A DNA stretch of 64,000 nt from Candidatus Latescibacterota bacterium. GTDB lineage: Bacteria > Latescibacterota > UBA2968 > GCA-2709665. Shown piece after piece: positions 49,539-59,544 of this stretch (position 1 is the stretch's first letter; the number at the start of each line of letters is the position of its first letter). The notes below the pieces were generated by a model. The model was not told the origin of the DNA. It saw only the letters and a program-made list of their open reading frames with translations, and ran no database searches. A program made the translations under genes and the position numbers. Location: contig OZ241917.1 of assembly GCA_965203805.1 (NCBI GenBank), positions 4,416,001-4,480,000 on the forward strand, written 5' to 3'.

Positions 49539-52277
49539 ATGTTTCGATCGATCTTTTTGGTCCTTTTCCTCAATTTGTGGATCGAAAGCCTCGCGTTCGC
49601 CGTGCCCGGAGATCCCTCGAAGAGCGAAGTGATTCGGGAGGAAGTGCTCTTTTCGGCATCCGGCGAAGCGCTTGGACAGGTTGCTTCAGGGAGGTTCGAT
49701 CTCCTTCGGCGTGAGGATGGAACGGTAGTCCGTACGCTTGGATCGGATTTCGCATTGAGGCTGAACCCGGACCTGATGCCGGGCATCTATCGGATGAGCG
49801 TTCGCTGTCTGGCCCCGTCGACGTCAACCGATTCGTTCTGGCTGGAGATAAACGGTGAGCGGCAGCCGCAAGCGATCGTGTTGCCCAAGGGCGCTTACGG
49901 AGAGGTGCACAGGGGCTTTCGCCTGGACGTGCCGGGACGAACGGACATACGCCTCGTGCTGCGGGAACGGCCCGGCGTGAGTGTGGCGCAACTGAAGCTG
50001 ACGCATCTCACGGTGCAGTACGATGCCGCGTTGGTCATCCGTCCCGATTTGGCGCGGGAGCGCCCGCGACTCTTCCTGACGCGGTGGGACGTCCAGCGGT
50101 TGCGCGACGTTCAGCGCGGCGCGGCCGGCCGGCGGCTCTACCGCCGGCAGGGGATGTTGCGAGGCACGCCGCCTCCCCGAACGGGGCCGCCAAAGCGCGC
50201 GGGGTGGGCATGGCGCATGGAGAATCAGGCGATCCCGTGTCTGCTCGCCAACTCCACCGATGCGAACGAGCGTTTCGATGCCATCCGGCGTCACATTCTC
50301 ACGATTTGCACATACGATAAATGGCTACCGGACGGCTGGTCGCACAGCACGCCGGACCTGGACCTGGACGCGGCCTATATGATCCATGGTACCGCGATTG
50401 CCTACGACTGGCTCTACAACTGGTTCACGGCAGAGGACCGGCGGATCATCCGCGAGAAGCTGACGTACCAGGCGCGGCTCATGTTCGAGGCGTCCTTTCT
50501 GGAGCGGATGTATTGGGCGCGCACGGTGCAACAGAACCACTACTGGTTCGACAACTACGCCATCGGCGTGGCCGGCGCCGCGCTTTACGGCGAGGTCCCG
50601 GAGGCCGAGGTGTGGATGGCCTGGAGCTGGGACCGACTGCAAGGTACGCTGAAGACCTTCGGAGAAGACGGTGGGTTCCACGAGGGCCCTGCCTACTGGA
50701 ACTTCTCCATGGGGTCTCTCTTTCGATGGATCGACCTCTATGAGCACACAACGGGACAGACCATTGCATACGCGGACACGTGGCTGAGGAAGACCGGCTA
50801 TTTCCCGATCCACTACGTCTACCCCGACCTGCGTTCCGGCGCGGCGATTGAAGATACGTTTCGACCCGGTGTCGTCCCCTCGCTGGAGACGCTGCTGTGG
50901 TTGGCCGCGAGGAACCGTGACCCGCGATTGTTCCGGGTTGCCGAACTGATTCACGCGGGGAAGCACAGCACGCACTGGTGGACGCTGAAAGCGCTGGCCG
51001 CGGACATTGGCGCGGCGGCGGGTACGCTGGACGAGATGATGCCGGCGCTTGCCTACTACCCTGACGTGGAGATGTACTTCGCACGGACGTCGTGGCGGAC
51101 GGATGCCACGATGTTCGCGCTCGAGGCGAGGCCGCTTGGAGGGCATACGCTGGCTCGACTGAACGAGGCGTATCCCTGGATCCGCGGTGTGGGACACAAC
51201 CATCCCGCACAGAACAGCTTCGTGCTTTACGGTAACGGGAAGGAACTGCTGATCGATCCGGGTTACACGCTGAAAAAGGAAACGGCGAACCACAATACGG
51301 TGCTGGTCGACGGGCAGGGGCAGTACGGCGACGGAGAGCGATGGCCGCGCTGGTATCCTGGATGGTCGCACATCGGGTACGCCTCAGCGCAGTTTCCGTA
51401 CGTGCGGGGGGAGGCCGCATCGGCGTATCCGCCCGAGTTGGGTCTGAAGCGGTTCACGAGACAGATGCTGATGCTGGACGGCAAGCGTATATTGATTGCA
51501 GACCATCTGGAGGCCGATCGACCCCGGCGCTTTACGTGGCTGCTGCATTTCGACGAAGACGCGGAGGTGGTATCGGCGGGCGAAGGGCGGTTCGCGGCGT
51601 CTTACGATGGCGCACCACTGCAGATCGACGTACTGACTCCGCACGGCCTTGCATCCCATATCGACCGTTACGAGCCGACGTGGAACAATATCGCCCGTCC
51701 GGACTATCACCCAAGGGTCGGACGGCTGCAGCTGACGACGGGCGCTGTTGGCGCCACCTGTGTTGTGGCCGTCCTGGGCCTGGAGCGCGGAGCCGCGCGT
51801 CCGACGATCGATATCGGCCCCCGAGTCCTGCTGGTCGCGTTTCCGGACAGTACCCGCGTGGGCTTCAATCGAACGGCCGAAGTGGTCGCGGTGGATGGAC
51901 TCGAGACAGACGGGCGCGCAGTCGTCATTACTCCTGAGGGTAACGGCGGACGCAGGGCCAGGGTGCTGGACATGCTCCGCTACCGCGATGGCTCGGGTCT
52001 CTTACACGACATTCCGGAGCGCGAGGGCGAATTCGTCCTGGCGAACGGCGTCTGGCTGCCAACCTTCCCGGTGGCTCCCGTAGTGGTCACGGCGGACTTC
52101 GACGGGAACCGTACCGTGGGCTTCAGCGATTTCCTTGCGTTCGCGCAAGCGTTCGGCGCCCGCGCCGGTCAGGAGGACTGGGACGCCAGGTTCGACCTGA
52201 ACGGCGACGGCGAGGTGGGATTCGGAGATTTTCTCTTGTTCGCAATTCAATTCGGCCGGCGTGATTCCGGGAATTGA
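49539..52277 (+). CDS. Secreted DUF4962/heparinase II/III-like lyase with C-terminal dockerin-like EF-hand pair
   Basis: Signal peptide; N-terminal beta-sandwich (TDSFWLEING); ERPRLFL, QQNHYW, EDGGFHEGPAYW, ARTSW, GHNHPAQNSF, NHNTVLVDGQGQ; tail DFDGNRTVGFSDFLAF..FDLNGDGEVGFGDFLLF. Confidence 0.85.
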   Translation: MFRSIFLVLFLNLWIESLAFAVPGDPSKSEVIREEVLFSASGEALGQVASGRFDLLRREDGTVVRTLGSDFALRLNPDLMPGIYRMSVRCLAPSTSTDSFWLEINGERQPQAIVLPKGAYGEVHRGFRLDVPGRTDIRLVLRERPGVSVAQLKLTHLTVQYDAALVIRPDLARERPRLFLTRWDVQRLRDVQRGAAGRRLYRRQGMLRGTPPPRTGPPKRAGWAWRMENQAIPCLLANSTDANERFDAIRRHILTICTYDKWLPDGWSHSTPDLDLDAAYMIHGTAIAYDWLYNWFTAEDRRIIREKLTYQARLMFEASFLERMYWARTVQQNHYWFDNYAIGVAGAALYGEVPEAEVWMAWSWDRLQGTLKTFGEDGGFHEGPAYWNFSMGSLFRWIDLYEHTTGQTIAYADTWLRKTGYFPIHYVYPDLRSGAAIEDTFRPGVVPSLETLLWLAARNRDPRLFRVAELIHAGKHSTHWWTLKALAADIGAAAGTLDEMMPALAYYPDVEMYFARTSWRTDATMFALEARPLGGHTLARLNEAYPWIRGVGHNHPAQNSFVLYGNGKELLIDPGYTLKKETANHNTVLVDGQGQYGDGERWPRWYPGWSHIGYASAQFPYVRGEAASAYPPELGLKRFTRQMLMLDGKRILIADHLEADRPRRFTWLLHFDEDAEVVSAGEGRFAASYDGAPLQIDVLTPHGLASHIDRYEPTWNNIARPDYHPRVGRLQLTTGAVGATCVVAVLGLERGAARPTIDIGPRVLLVAFPDSTRVGFNRTAEVVAVDGLETDGRAVVITPEGNGGRRARVLDMLRYRDGSGLLHDIPEREGEFVLANGVWLPTFPVAPVVVTADFDGNRTVGFSDFLAFAQAFGARAGQEDWDARFDLNGDGEVGFGDFLLFAIQFGRRDSGN

Positions 52278-52384
52278 TGGGGGGACCCGAGGTCCCGCGA
52301 TCCCTGCGAGCCCGCGCTCGAATTCCGCCGTCTTTCTGGAGGATATGCGCCACGTTCTCTATTGTCTGCAGGAGGTGAAAACAC

Positions 52385-53419
52385 TTGATCGAGCTCGTAA
52401 TTTACGTCTGTGCCGTGATCTTCGTCTCCGCGATGTGCTCTCTTTTCGAGGCCGTTCTCTATGCCGTACCCGTCAGTTACGTCGAGAGTCTCGCGCAGAA
52501 GGGCGCCGTTTCCGGCCGGATCCTGAAAGACCTGCGCATGCGCAACGTGGATCGTCCCATTTCGGCCATCCTTTCGCTGAATACGATCGCGAATACCGGC
52601 GGCGCTTTTCTGGCAGGCGCGGCGTTCATCATGGTATTCGGCGTGGAATGGGAGCTTTATTTCACCATCTTTATCACACTGTCGGTTCTGTTGCTTTCCG
52701 AAGTCATTCCCAAGACGGTCGGCGTGGTTTACAACCGTTCTCTGGCCGGCTTTGTTGCGATCCCGCTTCAATTCCTGGTCTGGGTCCTTTATCCTCTGGT
52801 GGTGATGTGCAGACTGGTCACCCGTGCGTTTTCGAAGGGCCGTTCGAGCCAGGAAGTGTCGGAAGAAGAGATCGCAGTCATGGCGCGCATGGGCCGGCAG
52901 ACCGGCGCGATACAACCCGATGAAGCCCGCGTGATGCAGAATATCCTCACCCTCAAACGCAGGACGGTGCAAGACGTGATGACCCCGCGTACGGTCGTAT
53001 TCGCGTTGAGCGCGGACCTGACCGTGGAGCAGGCGCAGAAGGAAGCGGGCGTCTGGCCGTACAGCCGGGTTCCGGTCTTCGAGAATGACTTTGAGGACGT
53101 GATCGGCGTCGTGATGCGTCGTGATGCGTTCAGTGCCCTGACCGAAGGGCGGGGGCAGACGACCGTTTCGGAACTGATGCGTCCGGTCCACTTCGTTGCA
53201 GAGACCGTCTCACTGGACCGCGTCCTGGAGATGTTTCTGGAACGGCGGCAGCACCTGTTCGCGGTCATCGACGAATACGGCGGGCTGGCAGGAATCCTGA
53301 CGCTGGAAGACGTGCTGGAAGAAATCCTGGGCAGGGAGATCGTGGACGAGTCCGATACGGTCACGGATATGCGGGAACTGGCGCGCCGCCGCCGCCGGCA
53401 GGTCTCGGAAGAGGAGTAG
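52385..53419 (+). CDS. CNNM (DUF21)-CBS domain membrane protein (CorB/TlyC-like)
   Basis: SAMCSLFEAVL, AILSLNTIANT, LLSEVIPKT, DVMTPRT, YSRVPV, VIDEYGGLAGILTLEDVLEEILGREIVDE; TTG start follows GGAGGT. Confidence 0.92.
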   Translation: MIELVIYVCAVIFVSAMCSLFEAVLYAVPVSYVESLAQKGAVSGRILKDLRMRNVDRPISAILSLNTIANTGGAFLAGAAFIMVFGVEWELYFTIFITLSVLLLSEVIPKTVGVVYNRSLAGFVAIPLQFLVWVLYPLVVMCRLVTRAFSKGRSSQEVSEEEIAVMARMGRQTGAIQPDEARVMQNILTLKRRTVQDVMTPRTVVFALSADLTVEQAQKEAGVWPYSRVPVFENDFEDVIGVVMRRDAFSALTEGRGQTTVSELMRPVHFVAETVSLDRVLEMFLERRQHLFAVIDEYGGLAGILTLEDVLEEILGREIVDESDTVTDMRELARRRRRQVSEEE

Positions 53420-53430
53420 GGGCATTTTCC

Positions 53431-53484
53431 CGGGAGTGAGGGCATCCTGCCCTCGATGGCAGGGCGAGACGCCCTCCACCCCGG
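53431..53484. repeat. REP doublet (inverted pair)
   Basis: gggagtGAGGGCatcctGCCCTC-gatggc-AGGGCGagaCGCCCTccaccccg. Confidence 0.65.
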
Positions 53485-53540
53485 ACAAGCCCATCTGCGT
53501 CCGTGGAATCGGGTGCCTGGGTTTTTCTTGGAGGACAGGA

Positions 53541-54812
53541 ATGGCGGTCACACAGCCAACGCTCTTCGACCGGCCTCAACAGGCAACAGGACTCCTTTCT
53601 TACGACGAGTTCCTGGATCACATTGAGAATTTCGACGATTTTTTCAAACAAACCGAAGTCCTGGAATTCCCGGATGCGGATTTCGAGATTCCGGTCTTCG
53701 TGAATGAGTTCTGGACGTCGAAACAGAGAGCGGCCAATTCGCTTCACGAGGTTTCGTACCGCGCTTGTTTCAAGCCCCAGTTGCCCCGGTTTTTCATCAA
53801 ACGTCTGACCGCTCCGGGCGACGCGGTCTACGATCCCTTCCTGGGCCGCGGAACCACCGTCATTGAGGCGGCGTTGCTGGGGCGAACGCCCGTCGGGACG
53901 GACGTCAATCCGCTGAGCGAAATCCTCGTCTCGCCCCGGCTGGCCCCGCCTCCTCTCGCGGCCGTTTCCGAACGATTGAGGGAACTTCCGCTCGAGGCCC
54001 GAAGTGAGTCCTGGGACGACTTGCTGGCCTTCTATCATCCGAATACGTTGCGCCAGATAACGAACCTGCGGAAATACCTGCTTGCAAGACAGGAAGACGG
54101 AAGCCTGGATGCCGTCGACGGGTGGATCAGAATGGTGGCGACCAACCGGCTGACGGGTCATTCTCCCGGCTTCTTTTCGGTCTACACGCTGCCGCCGAAC
54201 CAGGCCGTCACAGTCGAACGGCAACGGGGAATCAACCTGAGCAGAAAGCAGACGCCTCCCGAACGGGACGTTCGGGTATCGATTCTGAAGAAGTCCAGGT
54301 CGCTCCTCGGCAAACTTGAGGAACACGACGCCAGACGGCTGCGGGAGACTTCGGGAAAGGCATTGCTCACGACCGGCTCGTCGGACGACACGCCGGAAAT
54401 AGCGAGCGATTCCGTCAGTCTGGTCGTGACTTCTCCGCCGTTTCTGGACGTGGTGGATTACCAGACGGACAACTGGCTGCGCTGCTGGTTTAACGGCATC
54501 GACGCGCGGACCGTGGACGTATGGCACTTCAATAAGCCGCGGGAATGGCAAGCGGCCATGACGCGGGTGTTCGCCGAACTCAAAAGGGTCCTCAAGCCGG
54601 GAGGTTATGTCGCATTCGAAGTCGGGGAAGTCCGCGGCGGGACAATCCTCCTGGAATCTCTCGTCGTGCCCGCGGCGGCGGAAGCGGGTCTCGAACCGCT
54701 GATGGTCCTGGTAAACGACCAGGTGTTCACCAAGACCTCCAACTGCTGGGGCGTGGAGAACCTCAAAAAGGGAACGAATACCAACAGGATCGTACTGTTG
54801 AGAAAACCCTGA
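53541..54812 (+). CDS. DNA amino-methyltransferase (probably N4-cytosine), orphan
   Basis: Motif X YRACFKPQLP, motif I YDPFLGRGTT, later motif IV VTSPPF, ELKRVLKPGG; start follows GGAGG. Confidence 0.85.
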   Translation: MAVTQPTLFDRPQQATGLLSYDEFLDHIENFDDFFKQTEVLEFPDADFEIPVFVNEFWTSKQRAANSLHEVSYRACFKPQLPRFFIKRLTAPGDAVYDPFLGRGTTVIEAALLGRTPVGTDVNPLSEILVSPRLAPPPLAAVSERLRELPLEARSESWDDLLAFYHPNTLRQITNLRKYLLARQEDGSLDAVDGWIRMVATNRLTGHSPGFFSVYTLPPNQAVTVERQRGINLSRKQTPPERDVRVSILKKSRSLLGKLEEHDARRLRETSGKALLTTGSSDDTPEIASDSVSLVVTSPPFLDVVDYQTDNWLRCWFNGIDARTVDVWHFNKPREWQAAMTRVFAELKRVLKPGGYVAFEVGEVRGGTILLESLVVPAAAEAGLEPLMVLVNDQVFTKTSNCWGVENLKKGTNTNRIVLLRKP

Positions 54813-54884
54813 GAATTGTCTTCCAGATTTGGAAATCTCGTCTGTTACAGGGATGCGAGCTTACCTTCCGCCGTCTTTCCGACA

Positions 54885-54928
54885 GAAGGGCGGCAAGGCA
54901 GGCAGACAGGAGGGTCTGCCCCGCCTTC
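54885..54928. repeat. REP-like or terminator-like hairpin
   Basis: ggcagac-aggagg-gtctgcc, enclosed by gaagggcgg and ccgccttc. Confidence 0.45.
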
Positions 54929-55091
54929 ACGCCGGCTTACTCAACGTGGCGGAACTCGTGTGACTATGGCATTTCACGCATGACTCGGCGGCGCACAATA
55001 GAAGCCCACAGTTCCGGATGCGTCGAAACAAAGCGCAGCCGTGCCCAAAAAAAACACTGGAAAATTCCCAAAGATTCCTGTGAGTGTTGCC

Positions 55092-56114
55092 ATGTCAAAT
55101 GAAGACGTCGGGATCGGCATCATCGGCGGCGGAAAGGCCGGGCGGAACTTCGCCATGGCCATCCGGTCCTGCGCGGGCGCCAGGGTGCGGATGTTCTGTA
55201 CGCGGCACGAGGAATCGGCCAGGGACGCGGCGGAATCCTGCGGTGTCGCGGGATGGACGACGGAATACCGGACGATGTTGCGGGACCCGGAAATCGGGGC
55301 GATTATCGTGGCCACGCCCGACGAGTTTCACTGCGAGCACGCGGTCCTGGCTGCCCGTGCGAAAAAACACGTTCTGTGCGAAAAGCCGATGTGCCGTTCC
55401 GAGGAAGAGGCGGACCGGATGATCGGGGCGGCGCGGGAACATGGCGTGATCCTGATGGTCGGGTTCACCGAGCGGTACAGCCATCCCTGCGCCGAAGCCA
55501 AAAAACGGATTGACGCGGGCGAGATCGGTACGCCCAGGATGATGTTCGCCAGAAGATGCCATCCACGGTCCGTCCTGAGAAACCGTGCGTGGGTCAACGA
55601 CGATGAAACCGGCGGCGTCCTGAACTATGCCGGACCCCACAATATCGACCTGATCTGCTGGCTGATGGGAGGCGCGCCCGAACGGGTATACGGCGAAATG
55701 GGACAGCTGATTCTGAAAGATCAGAACTTTACCGATTGCGCGGTCATGACATTCAGATTTCCCAACGGGTCCGTCGCGGCGCTCTACGAGACCTTCGCGT
55801 ATCCGGGGACCTATCCCCACGGCGTGGACCGGAACATCGAGATCCTGGGTGACCGGGGGGTCCTGCACGTGGACTTCATGTCCCAGCCGCTGAGGGCGTT
55901 TACGGATGAGGGACACCAGGTGGCCGATTCGATTACGTGGCCGGCGTCCGAACACGGGATTCAGGGCGCGTTGCTGGCCGAAGTCGAGCATTTCATCCTG
56001 TGCGTACGGCAAGGGAGAACACCGCTCACGAAGGGCGAGGACGGCAAACTCGCGATGAGGATCGCGCTTGCCGCAAGGAAGGCGGCCGATACGGGAACGG
56101 CGATTCCCATATAG
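55092..56114 (+). CDS. Gfo/Idh/MocA family oxidoreductase
   Basis: IGIIGGGKAG, IVATPDEFH, VLCEKPM, VGFTERY, GGVLNYAGPHNID. Confidence 0.9.
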   Translation: MSNEDVGIGIIGGGKAGRNFAMAIRSCAGARVRMFCTRHEESARDAAESCGVAGWTTEYRTMLRDPEIGAIIVATPDEFHCEHAVLAARAKKHVLCEKPMCRSEEEADRMIGAAREHGVILMVGFTERYSHPCAEAKKRIDAGEIGTPRMMFARRCHPRSVLRNRAWVNDDETGGVLNYAGPHNIDLICWLMGGAPERVYGEMGQLILKDQNFTDCAVMTFRFPNGSVAALYETFAYPGTYPHGVDRNIEILGDRGVLHVDFMSQPLRAFTDEGHQVADSITWPASEHGIQGALLAEVEHFILCVRQGRTPLTKGEDGKLAMRIALAARKAADTGTAIPI

Positions 56115-56169
56115 AACGTGCGCTGGTACTTCAGTGGACGGTGCAGTCATTCAGTCTGAGAGGGAATTT

Positions 56170-59100
56170 ATGCTGACCATCGACAGAGACGCACCGGTCC
56201 CGCGGCCGGGGAGGTCCATCTGGTACACGGTGGACGGGATTCGCCGGGCACGGAAGAATATCCGCACGCAAGAGTGGGCCGCGAAAGAGTGGGAGCGGAT
56301 CAGTGAAGTGGCGGAGCGGTGGGTCCGTGTTTCCGACGAGGAGATCCACGCGCTGGTACCGGATCGGGGGTCGATCTTCTGCAGCGGGCGGAACGGGAGT
56401 CCCTGCTGCAAGGCCCCCTGGCGGTGCGAGGTGTCGCGGCCCCGCCGTGCATTCTGCGGAGCTTGCGGTCGTGAATATCCGGATAATCGAAAAGGGTCTC
56501 CTTTCCGCGACGAGGGACGCGGCTTCTACTACGAAGGAAAATGGTTCGCGCCGGTGCCCGTCTGGAACAGTTTTGTCGTGAGTATGCTGAGCACCTATTC
56601 GTACGGCTCCGGCGGCCCCACCGACAATGCGTTGTTGAATCTGGCCCTGGCCTACGCGATAACCGGCGAGACCCGGTTCGGAGAAAAGGCGCTGCTGATC
56701 TACGACGCGCTGGCCACGCTGGCGCCCACGACCATCGGGCCGCTGGACATTCCGGAGGGTAAACAGGAGCGGGAGATGGGGCGCATGCATGCCGAGACGT
56801 GCCACGTCAACCGGCAGCGGTTCGTTGACATGCAGGCGTACGATCTCATCTCGGGTCTTCGCGCGATGGACGGGATTTCACCGACACGGGGGAATGGGCG
56901 CATCAGCATCAGGCAGAATATCGCAGAAGGCATGCTGGAAGACTACATCATGACGGAGGGAGGCGGGTACAATCTGCATGAAGGAAACCTCACCCATTTC
57001 CAGAATCACGAACTGGACGGGTTCCGGGCGCTGCTGTCCATCGGCCTGGCGACCGGCAGACCCGACTTCATTACCTGGGCGGGAGGGGCTTTCCGGTCCT
57101 TTCTGGACAACGTGCTCGGCAGGGACGGAGGATACTACGAGAACTCCGAGATGTACGCGTATTTCTCCGGTACGCTGATGCAGGACGTGGCGGAACTGAT
57201 GTACCACTACGATCCCGGCAAGTACGCTTCACCTGAAGATTTCCCGGCGGCGGAGGCGCTGATGGGGCTGAGGAACGCCTTCGATCATCCCCGTCTCGTC
57301 CGGCTGTGCCTGGAGTACACGGAACTGATCCGGGCGTGCGGCCGCATCCCCTCCTATGGAAATACGAACGCGCTACCGGGTTACCGGCCGCCTTCGGAAC
57401 GCCAGGTGATGCCCTCGCACTGGTCGCTGCTGGAACGGCTCTACTTCCGGAGCGAAAGCGCGGAGACACGGCGGCAGGCGAAGGAAATGATGCTGGATCT
57501 GTCTGACGGCGCCGCCGAAAACGTCCGCAACGGGACGTGGGCGCTGTTCAATACCGAACCCGGTCCTGCCGGCGGAGAACGTGCCGCGCCCGCGCGCGGC
57601 TCTTCCTTTGTCGGTCATAAGGGCGTGGTGGTCCTGCGCAGCGGGGTCGGCGACCGATCGCGCGCGCTGATCGTCCGGGGAGGCGCGAATCTGCTGTCGC
57701 AGGACGATCAACTGGCGGTTTTTCTGTACGACAAGGGCCGCACGATTATCGAAGACGTGGGTTACGCCCTGGCCGGTTCACACGTGCACAAAGGGTGGGG
57801 CATGCGGGCGATCTCCCACGCGATGGTGACCGTGGACGAGGATATTCCCACGTCTCAGGGCTACGAATTCGTGCCCAGCGCGGACCTGGTTGCCTTCGAG
57901 GACATGGGCGGCGTGAAGATCGCGGAGTACTCCGCGCCGCTGTCACGGATCCACCAGGGCGCAACCGAGTACCGACGGGCGCTGGTCTTCTGCGACGTGG
58001 ACGAAGAGACCTCGTATACGCTGGACCTGTTCCTGGTGGCCGGAGGGCGCATCCACGACTACGCGGTGAACGGGCCGAAGTTCTTCGATGGGGATTCCGG
58101 CGCCTATTCGCTGGAAGGCGTGTCGCCCGAGGCCCGCGCGGGGGTGTGGACACTGGCGGGGCTGGGTACCCTGGACGGTTCCGAAGAGGCGAACGCGCCG
58201 GGAAAGAGCTGGGGAGAGCGAATCGGCCCGAACGATCGGATTCAGGGCGTGGCCGCTCCGGACGGCAGCCCGCTGCCCTACGGGTGGCTCCCGCCCCCGG
58301 GAAACGGGTACGCGTTCATCCACGACGTGAAGTCCGCCGCGCTGGAACGGGATGCGTACGCGCACTGGCGATTCGGCGACGAGCGGGACACCCATTTCGG
58401 TGTCCTCTTTCCCGCCGATCCCGACGCGACCCTCATCGCCTCAAAGGGTCCCGATCTGAAAGGCGAACAGCAGATCGACAGACTGATCGTCCGCCGGGAA
58501 GGGGAGGATGTGAAAAGCCTGTTTGTCAGCGCATTCGAGGCGTTTTCAGGTTCGCGCAACGTGACCGGCGTCCGGGTGCTCGCGCGGGATCTCCAAAGCG
58601 GGAGCGCCGCGGTGCGGGTGGAACTGGCGGACGGCAGGCGGGATACGATATTATTCTCGAGAAACGGCCGGATGGAACTGGAGGATCCCGAAGGGGCGCC
58701 AATCGCGCTGGCGGGGCGATTCGGAGTCGTTCGGGAAGGGAACGGCGAGGTGGCGCTGTTCCTGGTGGAAGGGACGCGCCTGCGGTTTGGCGACGCGGAA
58801 ACCACACTCCCGCACGCGCGTTTCGAAGCCCGGATCGCGGATATGGATGCCGATGCGGAAACCGTGACGATCGACCGGGGTCTACCGGGCTGGATGCGTT
58901 TGGAGGACCGTCTGTGCCGGGTCGAATCGGGCGAACCGGATGCGCCCTATTCTCACCGTTCGGGATATCGTGTCGCCGCCGCGGAGGGCGGAGAAACCGA
59001 CCGGCTGTTTCTGCAGCACGGCGACCCGCGGCTGGTCAGGGGCAAGGCTGTCTCTGTCGAAGCCCCGGATATCCTGAACTGCGACGTGCCGATCGCGTTT

Positions 59101-59334
59101 GCCTGGGGCTTCAATAACAGCGGTGATAAAGGTGAATATAGAGGAAAGGTGCTGCGAACGGAGGACGGATCGTTCTCGTCCAGGATCGTCGAACTGCTGG
59201 CGTTCAAGAAGATCCGGCTGGAATCCGTGAGGGGGCTGCGCCCGGGCAGCCGTTTCGAGATTCTCGATTTCAAGCCGGCGGATCGGATTTCGATTCCGAA
59301 TTCCGGGAGCTCGGTCCTGTCACGGAGACGTTGA
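56170..59334 (+). CDS. Large heparinase II/III-like protein with Cys-rich N-terminal insert
   Basis: ARKNIRTQEWA, CCKAPWRC..CGACGREYPDN, FQNHE, DGGYYENSEMY, IPSYGN, VVLRSG, DVGY, ISHAMVTVD, YRRAL, YTLDLF..GGRIHDY. Confidence 0.7.
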   Translation: MLTIDRDAPVPRPGRSIWYTVDGIRRARKNIRTQEWAAKEWERISEVAERWVRVSDEEIHALVPDRGSIFCSGRNGSPCCKAPWRCEVSRPRRAFCGACGREYPDNRKGSPFRDEGRGFYYEGKWFAPVPVWNSFVVSMLSTYSYGSGGPTDNALLNLALAYAITGETRFGEKALLIYDALATLAPTTIGPLDIPEGKQEREMGRMHAETCHVNRQRFVDMQAYDLISGLRAMDGISPTRGNGRISIRQNIAEGMLEDYIMTEGGGYNLHEGNLTHFQNHELDGFRALLSIGLATGRPDFITWAGGAFRSFLDNVLGRDGGYYENSEMYAYFSGTLMQDVAELMYHYDPGKYASPEDFPAAEALMGLRNAFDHPRLVRLCLEYTELIRACGRIPSYGNTNALPGYRPPSERQVMPSHWSLLERLYFRSESAETRRQAKEMMLDLSDGAAENVRNGTWALFNTEPGPAGGERAAPARGSSFVGHKGVVVLRSGVGDRSRALIVRGGANLLSQDDQLAVFLYDKGRTIIEDVGYALAGSHVHKGWGMRAISHAMVTVDEDIPTSQGYEFVPSADLVAFEDMGGVKIAEYSAPLSRIHQGATEYRRALVFCDVDEETSYTLDLFLVAGGRIHDYAVNGPKFFDGDSGAYSLEGVSPEARAGVWTLAGLGTLDGSEEANAPGKSWGERIGPNDRIQGVAAPDGSPLPYGWLPPPGNGYAFIHDVKSAALERDAYAHWRFGDERDTHFGVLFPADPDATLIASKGPDLKGEQQIDRLIVRREGEDVKSLFVSAFEAFSGSRNVTGVRVLARDLQSGSAAVRVELADGRRDTILFSRNGRMELEDPEGAPIALAGRFGVVREGNGEVALFLVEGTRLRFGDAETTLPHARFEARIADMDADAETVTIDRGLPGWMRLEDRLCRVESGEPDAPYSHRSGYRVAAAEGGETDRLFLQHGDPRLVRGKAVSVEAPDILNCDVPIAFAWGFNNSGDKGEYRGKVLRTEDGSFSSRIVELLAFKKIRLESVRGLRPGSRFEILDFKPADRISIPNSGSSVLSRRR

Positions 59335-59544
59335 TCCCGGGACTGCAACCCGGTACCGGCAATGCTTTGATCGCGGCCCCAGTGCGGCATAGAGATGCGA
59401 TACGGCCGCCCTTTTTCCTTCTAATTTCCCCGATTATTCGATATTATGCACGGCAGCGGACTTTAGCGGAAGTGACACCTGGCACGACCGGGCGTTCCGG
59501 CAACAAACGCCGCTAAATCCTTCCACATCAACGGGGGGACGGTT

